From Bdellovibrio sp. (GTDB taxonomy: Bacteria > Bdellovibrionota > Bdellovibrionia > Bdellovibrionales > Bdellovibrionaceae): a DNA stretch of 64,000 bases. The first letter of the stretch is position 1, and the number at the start of each line of letters is the position of its first letter. The translations under genes were made by a program, and so were the position numbers. Positions 53,191 to 63,298 of the stretch are shown in pieces. The notes beneath the pieces were generated by a model. It saw only the letters and a list, made by a program, of their open reading frames with translations. It ran no database searches and was not told the DNA's origin. The stretch lies in NCBI GenBank assembly GCA_036676395.1, contig JAKFCY010000003.1:352001-416000 (forward strand), read 5' to 3'.

Positions 53191-55107
53191 ATGTCTTCTA
53201 AACTAGATAGCAAAATTCCTAGTGGCTCGATCGACCAAAAATGGACGAAGCACAAATTCGACATGAAGTTAATCAATCCAGCGAATAAAAGAAAACACTC
53301 GGTGATTGTAATCGGAACAGGCCTTGCTGGCGCATCTGCTGCGGCATCTCTTGGTGAGCTTGGTTATAAAGTAAAAGCTTTCTGCGTGCATGAGTCTCCT
53401 CGCCGCGCCCATTCAGTGGCGGCACAAGGCGGAATCAACGCTGCAAAAAATTATCAAAACGATGGCGACTCAGTTTATCGTTTATTTTATGACACCGTGA
53501 AAGGCGGAGACTTTCGTGCCCGCGAAGCCAACGTTCATCGTTTAGCAGAAGTTTCTGTTAATATTATCGATCAGGCGGTTGCATCGGGTGTTCCATTGGC
53601 TCGTGAATACGGCGGATTACTTTCAAATCGTTCGTTCGGCGGATCACAAGTATCACGCACGTTCTATGCACGCGGACAAACTGGTCAGCAATTATTATTA
53701 GGTGCTTACTCTTCAATGATGCGCCAAGTGGATTTGGGAACTGTTGAATTATATACTCGTCGTGAAATGTTAGATCTAGTTGTGATTGATGGTAAGGCGC
53801 GCGGCGTGATTATCAGAAATTTATTAACGGGTGAAATTGAATCACATGAAGCAGATGCTGTAATCGTTGCTTCTGGCGGATACTCAAACGTATTTTACTT
53901 ATCTACAAACGCAATGGCCTGTGCCGTAACTGCTGCTTGGAAAGCTCATAAAAAAGGAGCTTTCTTTGCAAACCCTTGTTACACACAAATTCACCCGACT
54001 TGTATTCCAGTACATGGTGAAAACCAATCTAAACTAACACTCATGTCTGAATCATTACGTAATGACGGTCGTATTTGGGCTCCATTGAAAAAAGGCGACG
54101 CGCGCCTAGGAAATGATATTCCAGAGTCAGAGCGCGATTACTTCTTAGAGCGCGTTTATCCAAGCTTCGGTAATTTAGCTCCGCGTGACGTAGCTTCGCG
54201 CCAGGCTAAATACCGGGTTGATGAAGGTCACGGTGCTTTAGGTGAAAAATCAGTTTTCTTAGATTTTAAAGACAGTATTAAGCGTTTAGGTGAAGACAAA
54301 GTAGCTGAGCGCTACGGAAATCTTTTCCAGATGTACGATAAAATCACTGGCGAAAATCCATACAAACAACCGATGAGAATCTTTCCAGCTCCGCATTATA
54401 CAATGGGCGGATTATGGGTAGATTACAATCTTGAATCAACAATTCCTGGCTTATTCGTAGCTGGTGAAGCGAACTTCTCTGATCACGGTGCAAATCGACT
54501 GGGTGCTTCCGCACTAATGCAAGGTTTAGCAGATGGTTATTTTGTATTACCACATACAATCGGTAATTATATTGCCAATGCTAAATTAGAAAAAGTGACG
54601 ACAACGAATGATGCGTTCAAACACGCGGCGAATGAAACACAAAATGAATTGAACAAATTCTTAAGCGTTAAAGGTTCAAGATCAGTTGAATCTCTTCACA
54701 AAGAACTTGGCCACATCATGTGGGAAAAATGCGGCATGGCTCGCGATAAAGCGGGCCTTACAGAAGCCATTTCTAAAATCCAAAACTTACGTAAAGAATT
54801 TCATTCAAATGTTAATGTTCCTGGCGAAGTCAAAGGCATTAATAATGAATTAGAAAAAGCAGGCCGCGTAGCAGACTTCATCGAGCTTGGTGAATTAATG
54901 TGTCGTGATGCCCTAACTCGTGAAGAATCTTGCGGCGGTCACTTTAGATCTGAATATCAGGTTGATGGCGAAGCAAAACGTGACGATGAAAAATTCTGTC
55001 ACGCAGCTGCTTGGGAATGGAATGGCTCTGCAGACAAGGCGCAGAATCGTCACCAAGAAGAATTAACTTTCGACAACGTCCATTTAGCGACACGTTCGTA
55101 TAAATAG
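53191..55107 (+). CDS. sdhA: Succinate dehydrogenase/fumarate reductase flavoprotein
   Basis: [35 protein letters not shown] and [10 protein letters not shown] motifs. Confidence 0.96.
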   Translation: MSSKLDSKIPSGSIDQKWTKHKFDMKLINPANKRKHSVIVIGTGLAGASAAASLGELGYKVKAFCVHESPRRAHSVAAQGGINAAKNYQNDGDSVYRLFYDTVKGGDFRAREANVHRLAEVSVNIIDQAVASGVPLAREYGGLLSNRSFGGSQVSRTFYARGQTGQQLLLGAYSSMMRQVDLGTVELYTRREMLDLVVIDGKARGVIIRNLLTGEIESHEADAVIVASGGYSNVFYLSTNAMACAVTAAWKAHKKGAFFANPCYTQIHPTCIPVHGENQSKLTLMSESLRNDGRIWAPLKKGDARLGNDIPESERDYFLERVYPSFGNLAPRDVASRQAKYRVDEGHGALGEKSVFLDFKDSIKRLGEDKVAERYGNLFQMYDKITGENPYKQPMRIFPAPHYTMGGLWVDYNLESTIPGLFVAGEANFSDHGANRLGASALMQGLADGYFVLPHTIGNYIANAKLEKVTTTNDAFKHAANETQNELNKFLSVKGSRSVESLHKELGHIMWEKCGMARDKAGLTEAISKIQNLRKEFHSNVNVPGEVKGINNELEKAGRVADFIELGELMCRDALTREESCGGHFRSEYQVDGEAKRDDEKFCHAAAWEWNGSADKAQNRHQEELTFDNVHLATRSYK

Positions 55108-55119
55108 GTTGAGGATTAT

Positions 55120-55914
55120 ATGGGAATTGCAAAACCAACTATCAATTTAAAATTAAAAGTTTGGCGCCAAAAAAACAGTAGCTCTAAAGGCGAATTTAAA
55201 AATTACGAAGCAAAAAATGTATCTCCAGACGCTTCATTTTTAGAAATGCTTGATGCTGTCAATGAAGAGCTCATCAATAAAAACGAAGAACCGATTTTAT
55301 TCGACCATGACTGCCGCGAAGGTATTTGTGGAAGCTGCGGTTTCATGATTAACGGCAATGCGCATGGCCCACAAAAATCAACAACCGTGTGCCAATTGCA
55401 CATGCGCTCATTCAAAGACGGCGAAACATTGGTGCTAGAACCATGGAGAGCAGCCGCTTTTCCAATTCTAAAAGATTTGGTTGCTGACCGATCAGCTTTT
55501 GACCGCATTATTAAATCTGGCGGCTACATTTCTGTAAACACGGGTAATGCTCGCGATGCAAATAACATTTTAATTCCAAAACCAGATGCTGATGAAGCTA
55601 TGGCTTCTGCAACTTGCATCGGTTGTGGTGCGTGTGTTGCTTCTTGTAAAAATGCTTCTGCCGCCCTATTCACTTCTGCAAAAATCCAACATATGGCTTT
55701 ATTGCCGCAAGGCAAAGTTGAACGCGCACAACGTGCGCTAGATATGACGGCGCAAATGGATGCAGAAGGTTTCGGAGCTTGTTCTACAACAGGATCATGT
55801 TCTGCAGCTTGTCCGAAAGACATTTCATTAATCAATATCGCGACAATGAATCGCGAATTATTAAAAGCTACGATCACAAAACAAGAAGAACATTCTGGTG
55901 GCGGCGACGGCTAG
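55120..55914 (+). CDS. sdhB: Succinate dehydrogenase iron-sulfur subunit
   Basis: [21 protein letters not shown] and [12 protein letters not shown]e-S motifs. Confidence 0.96.
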   Translation: MGIAKPTINLKLKVWRQKNSSSKGEFKNYEAKNVSPDASFLEMLDAVNEELINKNEEPILFDHDCREGICGSCGFMINGNAHGPQKSTTVCQLHMRSFKDGETLVLEPWRAAAFPILKDLVADRSAFDRIIKSGGYISVNTGNARDANNILIPKPDADEAMASATCIGCGACVASCKNASAALFTSAKIQHMALLPQGKVERAQRALDMTAQMDAEGFGACSTTGSCSAACPKDISLINIATMNRELLKATITKQEEHSGGGDG

Positions 55915-56855
55915 TGAAAGACTTTATTAAGATCTTTTTAGTTTTAATTACAGTAGTTGTGGCCTTTGTATTTGGCCGCAGCTACGGCGAACAATCGATC
56001 TTAGAGTCTAAAGAATTTAAAGACAACAAAAGCAGTCAGGCCGAAAACGCACGCGCTGAAGAAGAGCTAAAACTTATGAAAGATAAGTTTCAAAGCTTAC
56101 TAGATAGCGCAGATTTAAAAAAAGCCGACGAAGTTTACGGTAAAATGATGACTTTGTTTTTAGTCGATCTTGGTCTGCGCATTTCAGAACAACAGCAAAA
56201 AGACTTAGATGCAGGTAAAACACAACTCTTAATTTGTGCGGCTCAATCAGGGCAATCTGCGGCTATAAAAACGCCCCAAACCCCAGCTCAAGTTTCTGTT
56301 TCTAAGACATTGCCTGAAGAAGTCGAAGAAGCTCCTAAAGCACCTAAGTTTTCTCAAGCAGCGCCAGGGCGATTTAAATCTACAGAATGGACTCTTGTTA
56401 ACAGCCACTCAAATTCAGAAATTTTAAAAAATCTTGAAAAAGTAAAGTTAACTAATATAGATGCTTTCTTGGTCGCAGCTCCTGAAACGCCATTTTCAGA
56501 TTTACAAAAATACTATGGAACATTTCGCGGCCGTGTAGCTGCCGTTGATGGTTCAAATTATGGTTCATTGGTTATGACGATTGGTCCGCATGCAGAAAAA
56601 GCCAATAATGTTTCTGGTGAAGTGCAATTTTATCGTGGTGGCAAATCCGAATCTACGTCTACTTTCAATGGCGCCACTTGGGGATATACGCCGACGGGTT
56701 ATCAAGGAAATATGGTTAGCATGGGTGGAAGATTTTTACAGATTTATAAAATTGAATCCGCCGATAAAATTGCCGGAAATTTCTATGAACGCCTTCCAAA
56801 CGGCACAACAAAACTTATCGGAAGTTTTGTTTTAAATCGTACTGATCGTATTTAG
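55914..56855 (+). CDS. Hypothetical membrane-anchored protein
   Basis: GTG start overlaps the sdhB stop (TAGTG). N-terminal TM, coiled coil, Pro-rich linker and beta-rich C-domain. Confidence 0.7.
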   Translation: MKDFIKIFLVLITVVVAFVFGRSYGEQSILESKEFKDNKSSQAENARAEEELKLMKDKFQSLLDSADLKKADEVYGKMMTLFLVDLGLRISEQQQKDLDAGKTQLLICAAQSGQSAAIKTPQTPAQVSVSKTLPEEVEEAPKAPKFSQAAPGRFKSTEWTLVNSHSNSEILKNLEKVKLTNIDAFLVAAPETPFSDLQKYYGTFRGRVAAVDGSNYGSLVMTIGPHAEKANNVSGEVQFYRGGKSESTSTFNGATWGYTPTGYQGNMVSMGGRFLQIYKIESADKIAGNFYERLPNGTTKLIGSFVLNRTDRI

Positions 56856-57304
56856 TTTTCTATACAAGTCGGCAATTCATCAGCAGAAAATTTCAGAACT
56901 ACATCTTTTTCTAAGGGCAAAACCGTTTTGCTTGAATTGTATTTTTGCATAACCTTAACGCCAGCAACCCCAACTGATAAATTAGAAAACGAACTCCCGC
57001 GTAAAATCTCTTGTTTAATTTCTAGATATGGAAACCCAGAAAGTAGCGTAGAGTCTTGTAAAGCTTGTGTGGCGCGCATTTCAAAAGAACCAGAAAAATC
57101 TTTTTTGGTTTCATGAGTAACTACATCAATAACGTTCATCGGGTGGTAGCCCTTAGTCATTAAGGCTTCAGTGATTTCGTCAGGTGTGGTGTTTGGAACA
57201 ATTAAACTGCAACCTTTAACTTGGTAAGCCCCGATTTGACTGGCGAAAGCCGAAAGTGAAATGAAGCTAGTAGCGACGATATAAAATTTAAATAAATTTT
57301 TCAT
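56852..57304 (-). CDS. Hypothetical exported protein
   Basis: MKNLFKFYIVATSFISLSAFA-S signal peptide; Cys near both ends. Confidence 0.7.
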   Translation of the reverse strand: MKNLFKFYIVATSFISLSAFASQIGAYQVKGCSLIVPNTTPDEITEALMTKGYHPMNVIDVVTHETKKDFSGSFEMRATQALQDSTLLSGFPYLEIKQEILRGSSFSNLSVGVAGVKVMQKYNSSKTVLPLEKDVVLKFSADELPTCIEN

Positions 57305-57584
57305 ATATAGAGAGAGTGCAAAAAGCCCCGCAATTTTGAATCGCATATCGCTGAGGTGAATGTACCATTTTGAGACAGCTCACTAATGACACGACAGCCA
57401 CAGCCGCAACTTGTTACACAGATTTAAATTTATTTTTAAATGCACTAACCTTTAAAAATCGCGTCATTCGTCTCACTTACGTACGTTAGTTCAGGAAGAA
57501 CTAAACACAGCGATGATTTGCACCCTGACAAAAGTCTACATTCCTGGACCTATTCTGACGAAGAGAATCATAGGTAGGGTGCAA

Positions 57585-57827
57585 ATGAAAAAAGCCAGCG
57601 ATTTATTGAAAGAAATGGGATTCAACCAAAATGCCCCGGTTGCAACGCAAGAAGCATTTTTGAAACATCTTATCAAAGCCGCGACAGGAGCCAATGTTGT
57701 GACTCCGACCGAGAAAAAAATTATCCAAGAAAACCCCGATAAAATCGTACAATTTCCGAAACAATTATCTTTTGATTTTGTCGACGAAGAAAACTTAGCG
57801 CCCGCGAAAAAATCTAAAAAGGCGTAA
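57585..57827 (+). CDS. Small hypothetical protein (80 aa) with QLSFDF motif
   Basis: AGGGTG RBS; MKKASDLLKEMGFN..A....QEAFLKHL...QLSFDF. Confidence 0.7.
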   Translation: MKKASDLLKEMGFNQNAPVATQEAFLKHLIKAATGANVVTPTEKKIIQENPDKIVQFPKQLSFDFVDEENLAPAKKSKKA

Positions 57828-57955
57828 CAATAAATTTTATTAAATGCTAGTTTTCCCCTAGCCGTTTTGCCAGTTTCAGTCTGGAACCAACAACTAGACT
57901 GTTTAGTAAACAAGCACGTGCTAATATTTTTCGTAAGTTAAGGGGAAACACCACC

Positions 57956-59584
57956 ATGAAAAAGAATTTTTCTAAAGTAGGCGCAGTAGCGGCGACAATG
58001 ATGTTAGCTATCACTGCAAACGCAAAATTTACAACTGAGTCTGTACCGGGCGAATTTGTTGTAAAATTAAAACCAGGAATGATGCGCTTATCAACGCAAT
58101 CACTTTCTACACAGCTAAATGGGTTTGTAACTCAAAAGATTTCTGGACAAGACATTGTCGTAGTTAAAAAAGCTGTATTTCAAACTAATGATTCGGCAAT
58201 TAAATCATTAAATGAAAATCCAATGGTTGAGATCGCTGAACCAAATTTCATTTACAAAATTAACAAAGCTCCAACTGATCCCATGTATTTACAAACTTGG
58301 GGTTTAGGTAACGTTGGCCAGGCAGATCCAAAAAATCAAGTTGGTGTTGCAGGAATCGATATCAATGCTGAGCGCGCTTGGGAAATCCAAACAGGAACTC
58401 GCGAAAAAATTATTGCCATCATCGATACAGGTATTGATCACACTCACCCTGATTTAGTTGATAACATGTGGCAAAATGAAGCTGAAGCAAACGGAACAGC
58501 TGGCGTAGATGATGATAACAACGGTGTTGTTGATGATATCTATGGTTACAATGCAATTAATAATTCTGGTAATTCAAAAGATGACCAAGGTCACGGTTCA
58601 CACTGTGCTGGTACAATCGGAGCTCGCGCAAATAATGGTATCGGCGTTGCTGGTGTAAACTGGAATGTTCGCATGATGTCAGTTAAATTTTTAGATGCTG
58701 GCGGATCTGGTTCTTTAGCTGATGCTATCAAAGCTATCGACTACGCAACTAAAATGGGTGCGCATGTTATGTCGAATTCTTGGGGCGGCGGCGGATTCTC
58801 GCAAACTCTGTTAGATGCTATCGAGCGTTCAAACGCAGCAGGCGCGATCTTTATCGCAGCAGCAGGTAATGAATATAACAATAATGATAACTCACCTACT
58901 TACCCATCAACTTACCAAGCAACAAATGTAATGTCGGTTGCAGCGATTGACAATCGTGGTGCTAAAGCAGATTTTTCTAACTTCGGTAAAAAAACAGTTC
59001 ACTTAGGAGCTCCTGGTGTGAATGTTATGTCGACGACTGGTGGTTCGTATAAATCTTATTCTGGAACTTCAATGGCAACTCCACACGTTGCTGGTGTTGC
59101 AGCTTTATTATGGGCTAACGAGCCGAACTTAACTGCTGCAGAAGTAAAAGCTAGATTAGTTGCTACGGTTAGACCTTTAGCTTCTATGAAAGGTAAAACT
59201 AGAACTGGCGGTATGGTTGATGCTTACGGTGCTTTAACAAACACACAAGCTCCACCTGATGCAAATGATCCATCTAACTGGGCAACAGTTTCTATGGATT
59301 TTAAATCTGAGTCTCCGTACAAACCAAATACAAACCAAGTGTTTGAAGTTTCGGTTCCGGGCGCGAAAGAATTTGCAGTTTACTTTGAAAAATTCAATGT
59401 TGAATCTGGTTATGACTTCGTAACTATCTATGATTCAAAAGGAACTAAAGTTCAAACATTAACTGGTTCATTAGACGAATCTTTTTCAATGACGATCACT
59501 GGCGAATCAGCTCGTATCGAATTTAAATCAGATAAATCTGTTGAAAAATCTGGTTGGACAATCACTAAAGCTGCTTACAGATAG
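57956..59584 (+). CDS. Secreted S8 subtilisin-like serine protease with C-terminal CUB-like domain
   Basis: Signal peptide, propeptide (VPGEFVVKLK..AEPN), triad IIDTG/HGSHCAG/GTSMATP, and CUB-like ESGYDFVTIYD..FKSDKSVEKSGW. Confidence 0.93.
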   Translation: MKKNFSKVGAVAATMMLAITANAKFTTESVPGEFVVKLKPGMMRLSTQSLSTQLNGFVTQKISGQDIVVVKKAVFQTNDSAIKSLNENPMVEIAEPNFIYKINKAPTDPMYLQTWGLGNVGQADPKNQVGVAGIDINAERAWEIQTGTREKIIAIIDTGIDHTHPDLVDNMWQNEAEANGTAGVDDDNNGVVDDIYGYNAINNSGNSKDDQGHGSHCAGTIGARANNGIGVAGVNWNVRMMSVKFLDAGGSGSLADAIKAIDYATKMGAHVMSNSWGGGGFSQTLLDAIERSNAAGAIFIAAAGNEYNNNDNSPTYPSTYQATNVMSVAAIDNRGAKADFSNFGKKTVHLGAPGVNVMSTTGGSYKSYSGTSMATPHVAGVAALLWANEPNLTAAEVKARLVATVRPLASMKGKTRTGGMVDAYGALTNTQAPPDANDPSNWATVSMDFKSESPYKPNTNQVFEVSVPGAKEFAVYFEKFNVESGYDFVTIYDSKGTKVQTLTGSLDESFSMTITGESARIEFKSDKSVEKSGWTITKAAYR

Positions 59585-59658
59585 TAATTTAATCTGATTA
59601 GTTTGTTTGCTGGATTTACGAATAGTTTTTCCAGCGAAATTCAGATAAATTCGAATTC

Positions 59659-59696
59659 AAAAAAATTGCAAAGCTAAAACTTTGCAATTTTTTTTT
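59659..59696 (+). terminator. Intrinsic terminator after protease
   Basis: AAAATTGCAAAG-CTAAAA-CTTTGCAATTTT followed by a T run. Confidence 0.8.
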
Positions 59697-59716
59697 GCAC
59701 GAAGCAGGTTGAGAGT

Positions 59717-59917
59717 ATGAAAAAACATATTACACAACTCGTTCTTGTTTCAATAATGATATTTACGCAAAGCTGTGCCGACTATGGAATTGGCGGTAAC
59801 ACAGGTACAGCTAACATCCTAATGACCAAACCTTATCCGCCATCAGAATCTTCGGGCGTTAATATTAAATTATTTCGAACTCAAAGATTATCTGTACAGG
59901 ACCTATTTCTGTTTTAA
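59717..59917 (+). CDS. Short lipoprotein ORF, possibly a truncated remnant
   Basis: MKKHITQLVLVSIMIFTQS-C lipobox; 66 aa; 3' end overlaps the convergent gene. Confidence 0.45.
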   Translation: MKKHITQLVLVSIMIFTQSCADYGIGGNTGTANILMTKPYPPSESSGVNIKLFRTQRLSVQDLFLF

Positions 59918-60274
59918 GACTTTAATCTCTACATAAACGACCAATAGGATAATAACAATTTCGGCAGTTAAAAATGTTTTGCCAAGTGAAGTTATACGCT
60001 CGCGAAACAAAATTAGGGCTGCCGAAATTAAACAATAAAATAAATTGGCTGAAATGATCGTCATCAACATCCACGGTCGAATCTTAGACACGAAAAAATA
60101 ACAGCTTAAAGAATATAAGGCATACACAGCGGGCAACATCGCCAAGCTTTGCAATAACGATACGTTAATTCCAAGAAACAAGGAATAACGAACAAGAATA
60201 AGACCTGTAAAACAAGCACTAAGAATCGCGCCGATTCCATCCAATAGAAAAATATTTTTTTGATTTAACCGCAC
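59903..60274 (-). CDS. Hypothetical four-TM membrane protein
   Basis: IFLLDGIGAILSA..., ANLFYC and AEIVIILLVVYVE; hydrophobic; abuts the hydrolase stop. Confidence 0.75.
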   Translation of the reverse strand: MRLNQKNIFLLDGIGAILSACFTGLILVRYSLFLGINVSLLQSLAMLPAVYALYSLSCYFFVSKIRPWMLMTIISANLFYCLISAALILFRERITSLGKTFLTAEIVIILLVVYVEIKVLKQK

Positions 60275-60275
60275 G

Positions 60276-61154
60276 CTACTGATGCCGACTTAAAAAGTCG
60301 CGAAGTTTTAAATTTAAAAATTCTGGAAAATCCAACTGACAGCAGTGTGATCCGTAAGGCACTAAAACATATTCTGCCCCGTGAATTTGATCGACCAATT
60401 CTTTTTGATAACTTGGGGGAGTTAAAAAATCGCGATCGCCGGCAATCACCAAGGCCGGCTTGTCGATTGAATGTAAAATTCTTGTGCCATCAAAACTTAA
60501 CAATTGTTCAAACAATCTAAAAAATAACGGAAGTTCTAGTCTTGAAACTCCCCGCCCGTACATTTCGATATCTTTAAATTGCGTAAGTTTTATATTAAAG
60601 CCACCAGATAATGCGGCCACTTGAAAAGCGACGGGATTATCAATCATGGCTCTCCATAGCGCATTCCATAGGTCAGGGGCTTTGGTGTGTTGAATTTTTA
60701 AAAATTGAAAAAGTGGCTCTACGAACTCTAAACCAAAAAGTTTTTTCAATGGGTTTCTGGCAAAACCATTAATGAATGTTAAAGTTTTAAAAATTTCAGG
60801 AAACTGCTCAAAAGATTTTAACTGGTAAGGAACACCAAAACTGTGGCCGACTACGTGGGCACTTTTATGACCTAAATGATTAATTAACCCTTTAAGATCA
60901 AAAGCTAAATGTTCAAAAGTCATGTTATCAAGATTTCTTACCGGCACACTTTTGTGATGACCGCGAATATCAAACAAAATTACCTGATGCGTGCGCGAAA
61001 AAAATTCGACTTGTGGGTGCCAGTGATTCATTAAACAAGCGATGCCGTAAATAAAAACGATAGGTTCGCCTTTACCATGAACCTCGTAATAAATCGGAGT
61101 TCCATCCATGGCTTCATAGTATCCAGTTTTTTTCTCAATAAATTGTGCACTCAT
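60276..61154 (-). CDS. Alpha/beta hydrolase
   Basis: DGTPIYYEVHG.GEPIVF, DIRGH, GHSFG nucleophile elbow, AGDRD and GSH motifs. Confidence 0.9.
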   Translation of the reverse strand: MSAQFIEKKTGYYEAMDGTPIYYEVHGKGEPIVFIYGIACLMNHWHPQVEFFSRTHQVILFDIRGHHKSVPVRNLDNMTFEHLAFDLKGLINHLGHKSAHVVGHSFGVPYQLKSFEQFPEIFKTLTFINGFARNPLKKLFGLEFVEPLFQFLKIQHTKAPDLWNALWRAMIDNPVAFQVAALSGGFNIKLTQFKDIEMYGRGVSRLELPLFFRLFEQLLSFDGTRILHSIDKPALVIAGDRDFLTPPSYQKELVDQIHGAEYVLVPYGSHCCQLDFPEFLNLKLRDFLSRHQ

Positions 61155-61804
61155 TTTAAAATCGAAAGCTCCACTACGTTGGCTCCAAACATTACGCGAT
61201 CTCCACTTTCGATGGGATGTTGTGTGAATGCTTTGCCATTGATAAGTATCTTATCACCGCAAAGAGTTTCGATGTAAGCTGTTTCGCCGACCTGAAAAAA
61301 TTTGGCAATTTGTCCGGGCTGGGTGGGGTCTTTTATGTTTAAATCTAGGCTATTAAAACCCATGGTTCTTGGACCATAACTGAGCGTGTAGAATTCGTCG
61401 GTTTGTGGACCCGATAAGAAAGTTAGGCGCACAGGGTATAAATAGAAGAAAAACTCTGTTAAAATAGGCTCCCAGCTGTCAGATTCTAAAAATTCTACTA
61501 AGGATTCTTCCCAGGTGGTAAAGCTAGATTTAGGCTTTTCGATCACCTTAAAACCTGTCTGTCCCATATGAAAAATCAGCCCACTAATTAAGCTAAGCGA
61601 CACCCCTTCAGATGAACCGGCACGAATTTTATTGCCGTCTAAGGCTCTGATTTTCCATAAGAAATTTGGATCTAGATAGATTTCAGCATGCACCGACGCC
61701 ATTTCAGGGTCACCGAAATAGCCAGACGAGAAAATATAGTTCTCGCGCATGGTTATAATCTGTCCTTTGTGGTGTCCGTCTAACACCTGCAATGCCAATT
61801 TCAT
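61151..61804 (-). CDS. FHA-domain protein (two degenerate FHA-like modules)
   Basis: L.VL.G...G, D..MAS.HAEI, LINGK..IESGDRVMFG; ATGA overlap with the hydrolase. Confidence 0.65.
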   Translation of the reverse strand: MKLALQVLDGHHKGQIITMRENYIFSSGYFGDPEMASVHAEIYLDPNFLWKIRALDGNKIRAGSSEGVSLSLISGLIFHMGQTGFKVIEKPKSSFTTWEESLVEFLESDSWEPILTEFFFYLYPVRLTFLSGPQTDEFYTLSYGPRTMGFNSLDLNIKDPTQPGQIAKFFQVGETAYIETLCGDKILINGKAFTQHPIESGDRVMFGANVVELSILK

Positions 61805-61880
61805 AAATTTATCTTAGGGCCTAGATCAAGCCTTGTCTACGTCTACGGAAGCTGCTAAACCAGTTGAACATTATAAGTCA

Positions 61881-61921
61881 TCCTTGCTCCCCGATAGTCG
61901 GTGGAGCTTTAACCGGAAGGA
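61881..61921 (+). promoter_or_regulatory. S6:S18 ribosomal protein leader RNA
   Basis: TCCTT-GCTCC-(CCGATAGTCGG)-TGGAGC-TTTAA-CCG-G-AAGGA: a stem that sequesters the RBS, with the conserved CCR internal loop. Confidence 0.75.
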
Positions 61922-61927
61922 ATATCC

Positions 61928-62377
61928 ATGGATCTTAAGACAGACCTTAAGCGTCCGTATGAGGTTGTTATCCTCATGCACCCAGACGCAAACTTAGAAG
62001 AGCAAAAAGCTCTTTTCAACAAAAACAAAACAACAATCACTAGCTTTAAAGGCTCTGTGCACTCAGTAGAAACTTGGGGCAAAAGAAACTTAGCTACACC
62101 GATTGGAAAAATTCGTAAAGCTGTGTTCTTTCACTCAGTTTTCGAAGCTAATCCACAAGCGGTTATGGAGATTGAACGTACTATGCGTATCAATGATAAA
62201 GTTTTACGCTTTATGCATACACGCTTAGACGAACGCACTTCTACTGCAAAACACTTAGAAGCTTTCAAAAAAGGCTTAGCTGAGTCAGCTGCAAAAGAAA
62301 AAGAACGTGAAGCAAAAGCACAACTTCGTCGCCAAGCAGCCCAACAAGCTCGCATGGAAAGACAAGACGAAGAATAG
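61928..62377 (+). CDS. rpsF: 30S ribosomal protein S6
   Basis: RPYEVVILMHPD, WGKRNLATPI and RINDKVLRF motifs; long charged C-terminal tail. Confidence 0.95.
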   Translation: MDLKTDLKRPYEVVILMHPDANLEEQKALFNKNKTTITSFKGSVHSVETWGKRNLATPIGKIRKAVFFHSVFEANPQAVMEIERTMRINDKVLRFMHTRLDERTSTAKHLEAFKKGLAESAAKEKEREAKAQLRRQAAQQARMERQDEE

Positions 62378-62384
62378 ATAACGA

Positions 62385-63263
62385 ATGCTGCCACAACAAG
62401 CCTCAGACAATAAAAAATATTTCTTACTAGCGGCAGTTTCTGCTGCTATGAGCATTATTTTTTCAATCATGAGTGCTCCGTTTATTCGTGTGCTAGCAGC
62501 AACTAAATCCAAAATTTTTTGGTTGGTTGGATTAGTTTTTGTGACTTCATTATTTTTTCTGAAGATGAACCTGGTCGCAATTTATGTAGGGGCAGTTTGG
62601 ATGACTTTAGGCCTTTACAGTGAATTGGAAAAAAAGGGCATCACGTGGAAAAAATCAGGCGCATTGTCGGTTTTTGCCGGCATGTTGTTTGGAGTAATCG
62701 CATTTCTCTCAATTACGAAATGGTCTGTTGATCATCAGTTATACAAAGAGGTAATCGATCCGCTCATGGTTTCATTAAAACAGGTTTTACCCGATGAAAA
62801 TTTCGAAAACAAAGCCGTAATGATGTTTATGCCGGGATTACTGGCTTCTGCATTGATCAGCTCGTTAGCTGTTTCACTTGTATTTGAAGCACAAATCTTC
62901 AAAGTTTTTCACATTAAACGTGAACGACTGGCTTCAGGGCTTAAATGGTTAGAATTTCGATTACCCGATATGTTTATTTGGTTATCGTTATTTGCATTTT
63001 TATTTTCAGCAGTAGAAACACCATTTAAATTTCTTCAAGTGATCGCCATTAACTTCGCGGTTATCAGCATTGTGAGCTTTTTCTTTCAAGGGATTTCGGT
63101 TTTCGAATTTGCTACACGAATTTTCAGATTAGGCAGAATAACAAAAGTGTTACTTTATCTTTTAATCATCACATGGGCGCTACCAGTCGTTACAATTTTA
63201 GGATTTGCCGATTACTGGGTGGATTTTCGCCGTCACATGAGAAAAAAGATTAAAGTAGCTTAA
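62385..63263 (+). CDS. DUF2232 (YybS-like) membrane protein
   Basis: Multi-TM, FRLPD..IW, FFQGISV and LGFADYWVDFR motifs; position before rplI. Confidence 0.85.
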   Translation: MLPQQASDNKKYFLLAAVSAAMSIIFSIMSAPFIRVLAATKSKIFWLVGLVFVTSLFFLKMNLVAIYVGAVWMTLGLYSELEKKGITWKKSGALSVFAGMLFGVIAFLSITKWSVDHQLYKEVIDPLMVSLKQVLPDENFENKAVMMFMPGLLASALISSLAVSLVFEAQIFKVFHIKRERLASGLKWLEFRLPDMFIWLSLFAFLFSAVETPFKFLQVIAINFAVISIVSFFFQGISVFEFATRIFRLGRITKVLLYLLIITWALPVVTILGFADYWVDFRRHMRKKIKVA

Positions 63264-63298
63264 TAAGCCGTGCCGAAGGCACGTAAAAGGATTTTACA

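Noticed and set aside
57305..57584. Long divergent intergenic region as riboswitch (e.g. c-di-GMP) or sRNA
   Set aside because: I could not identify the conserved riboswitch motifs or a convincing stem; only weak sigma-28-like matches are present.
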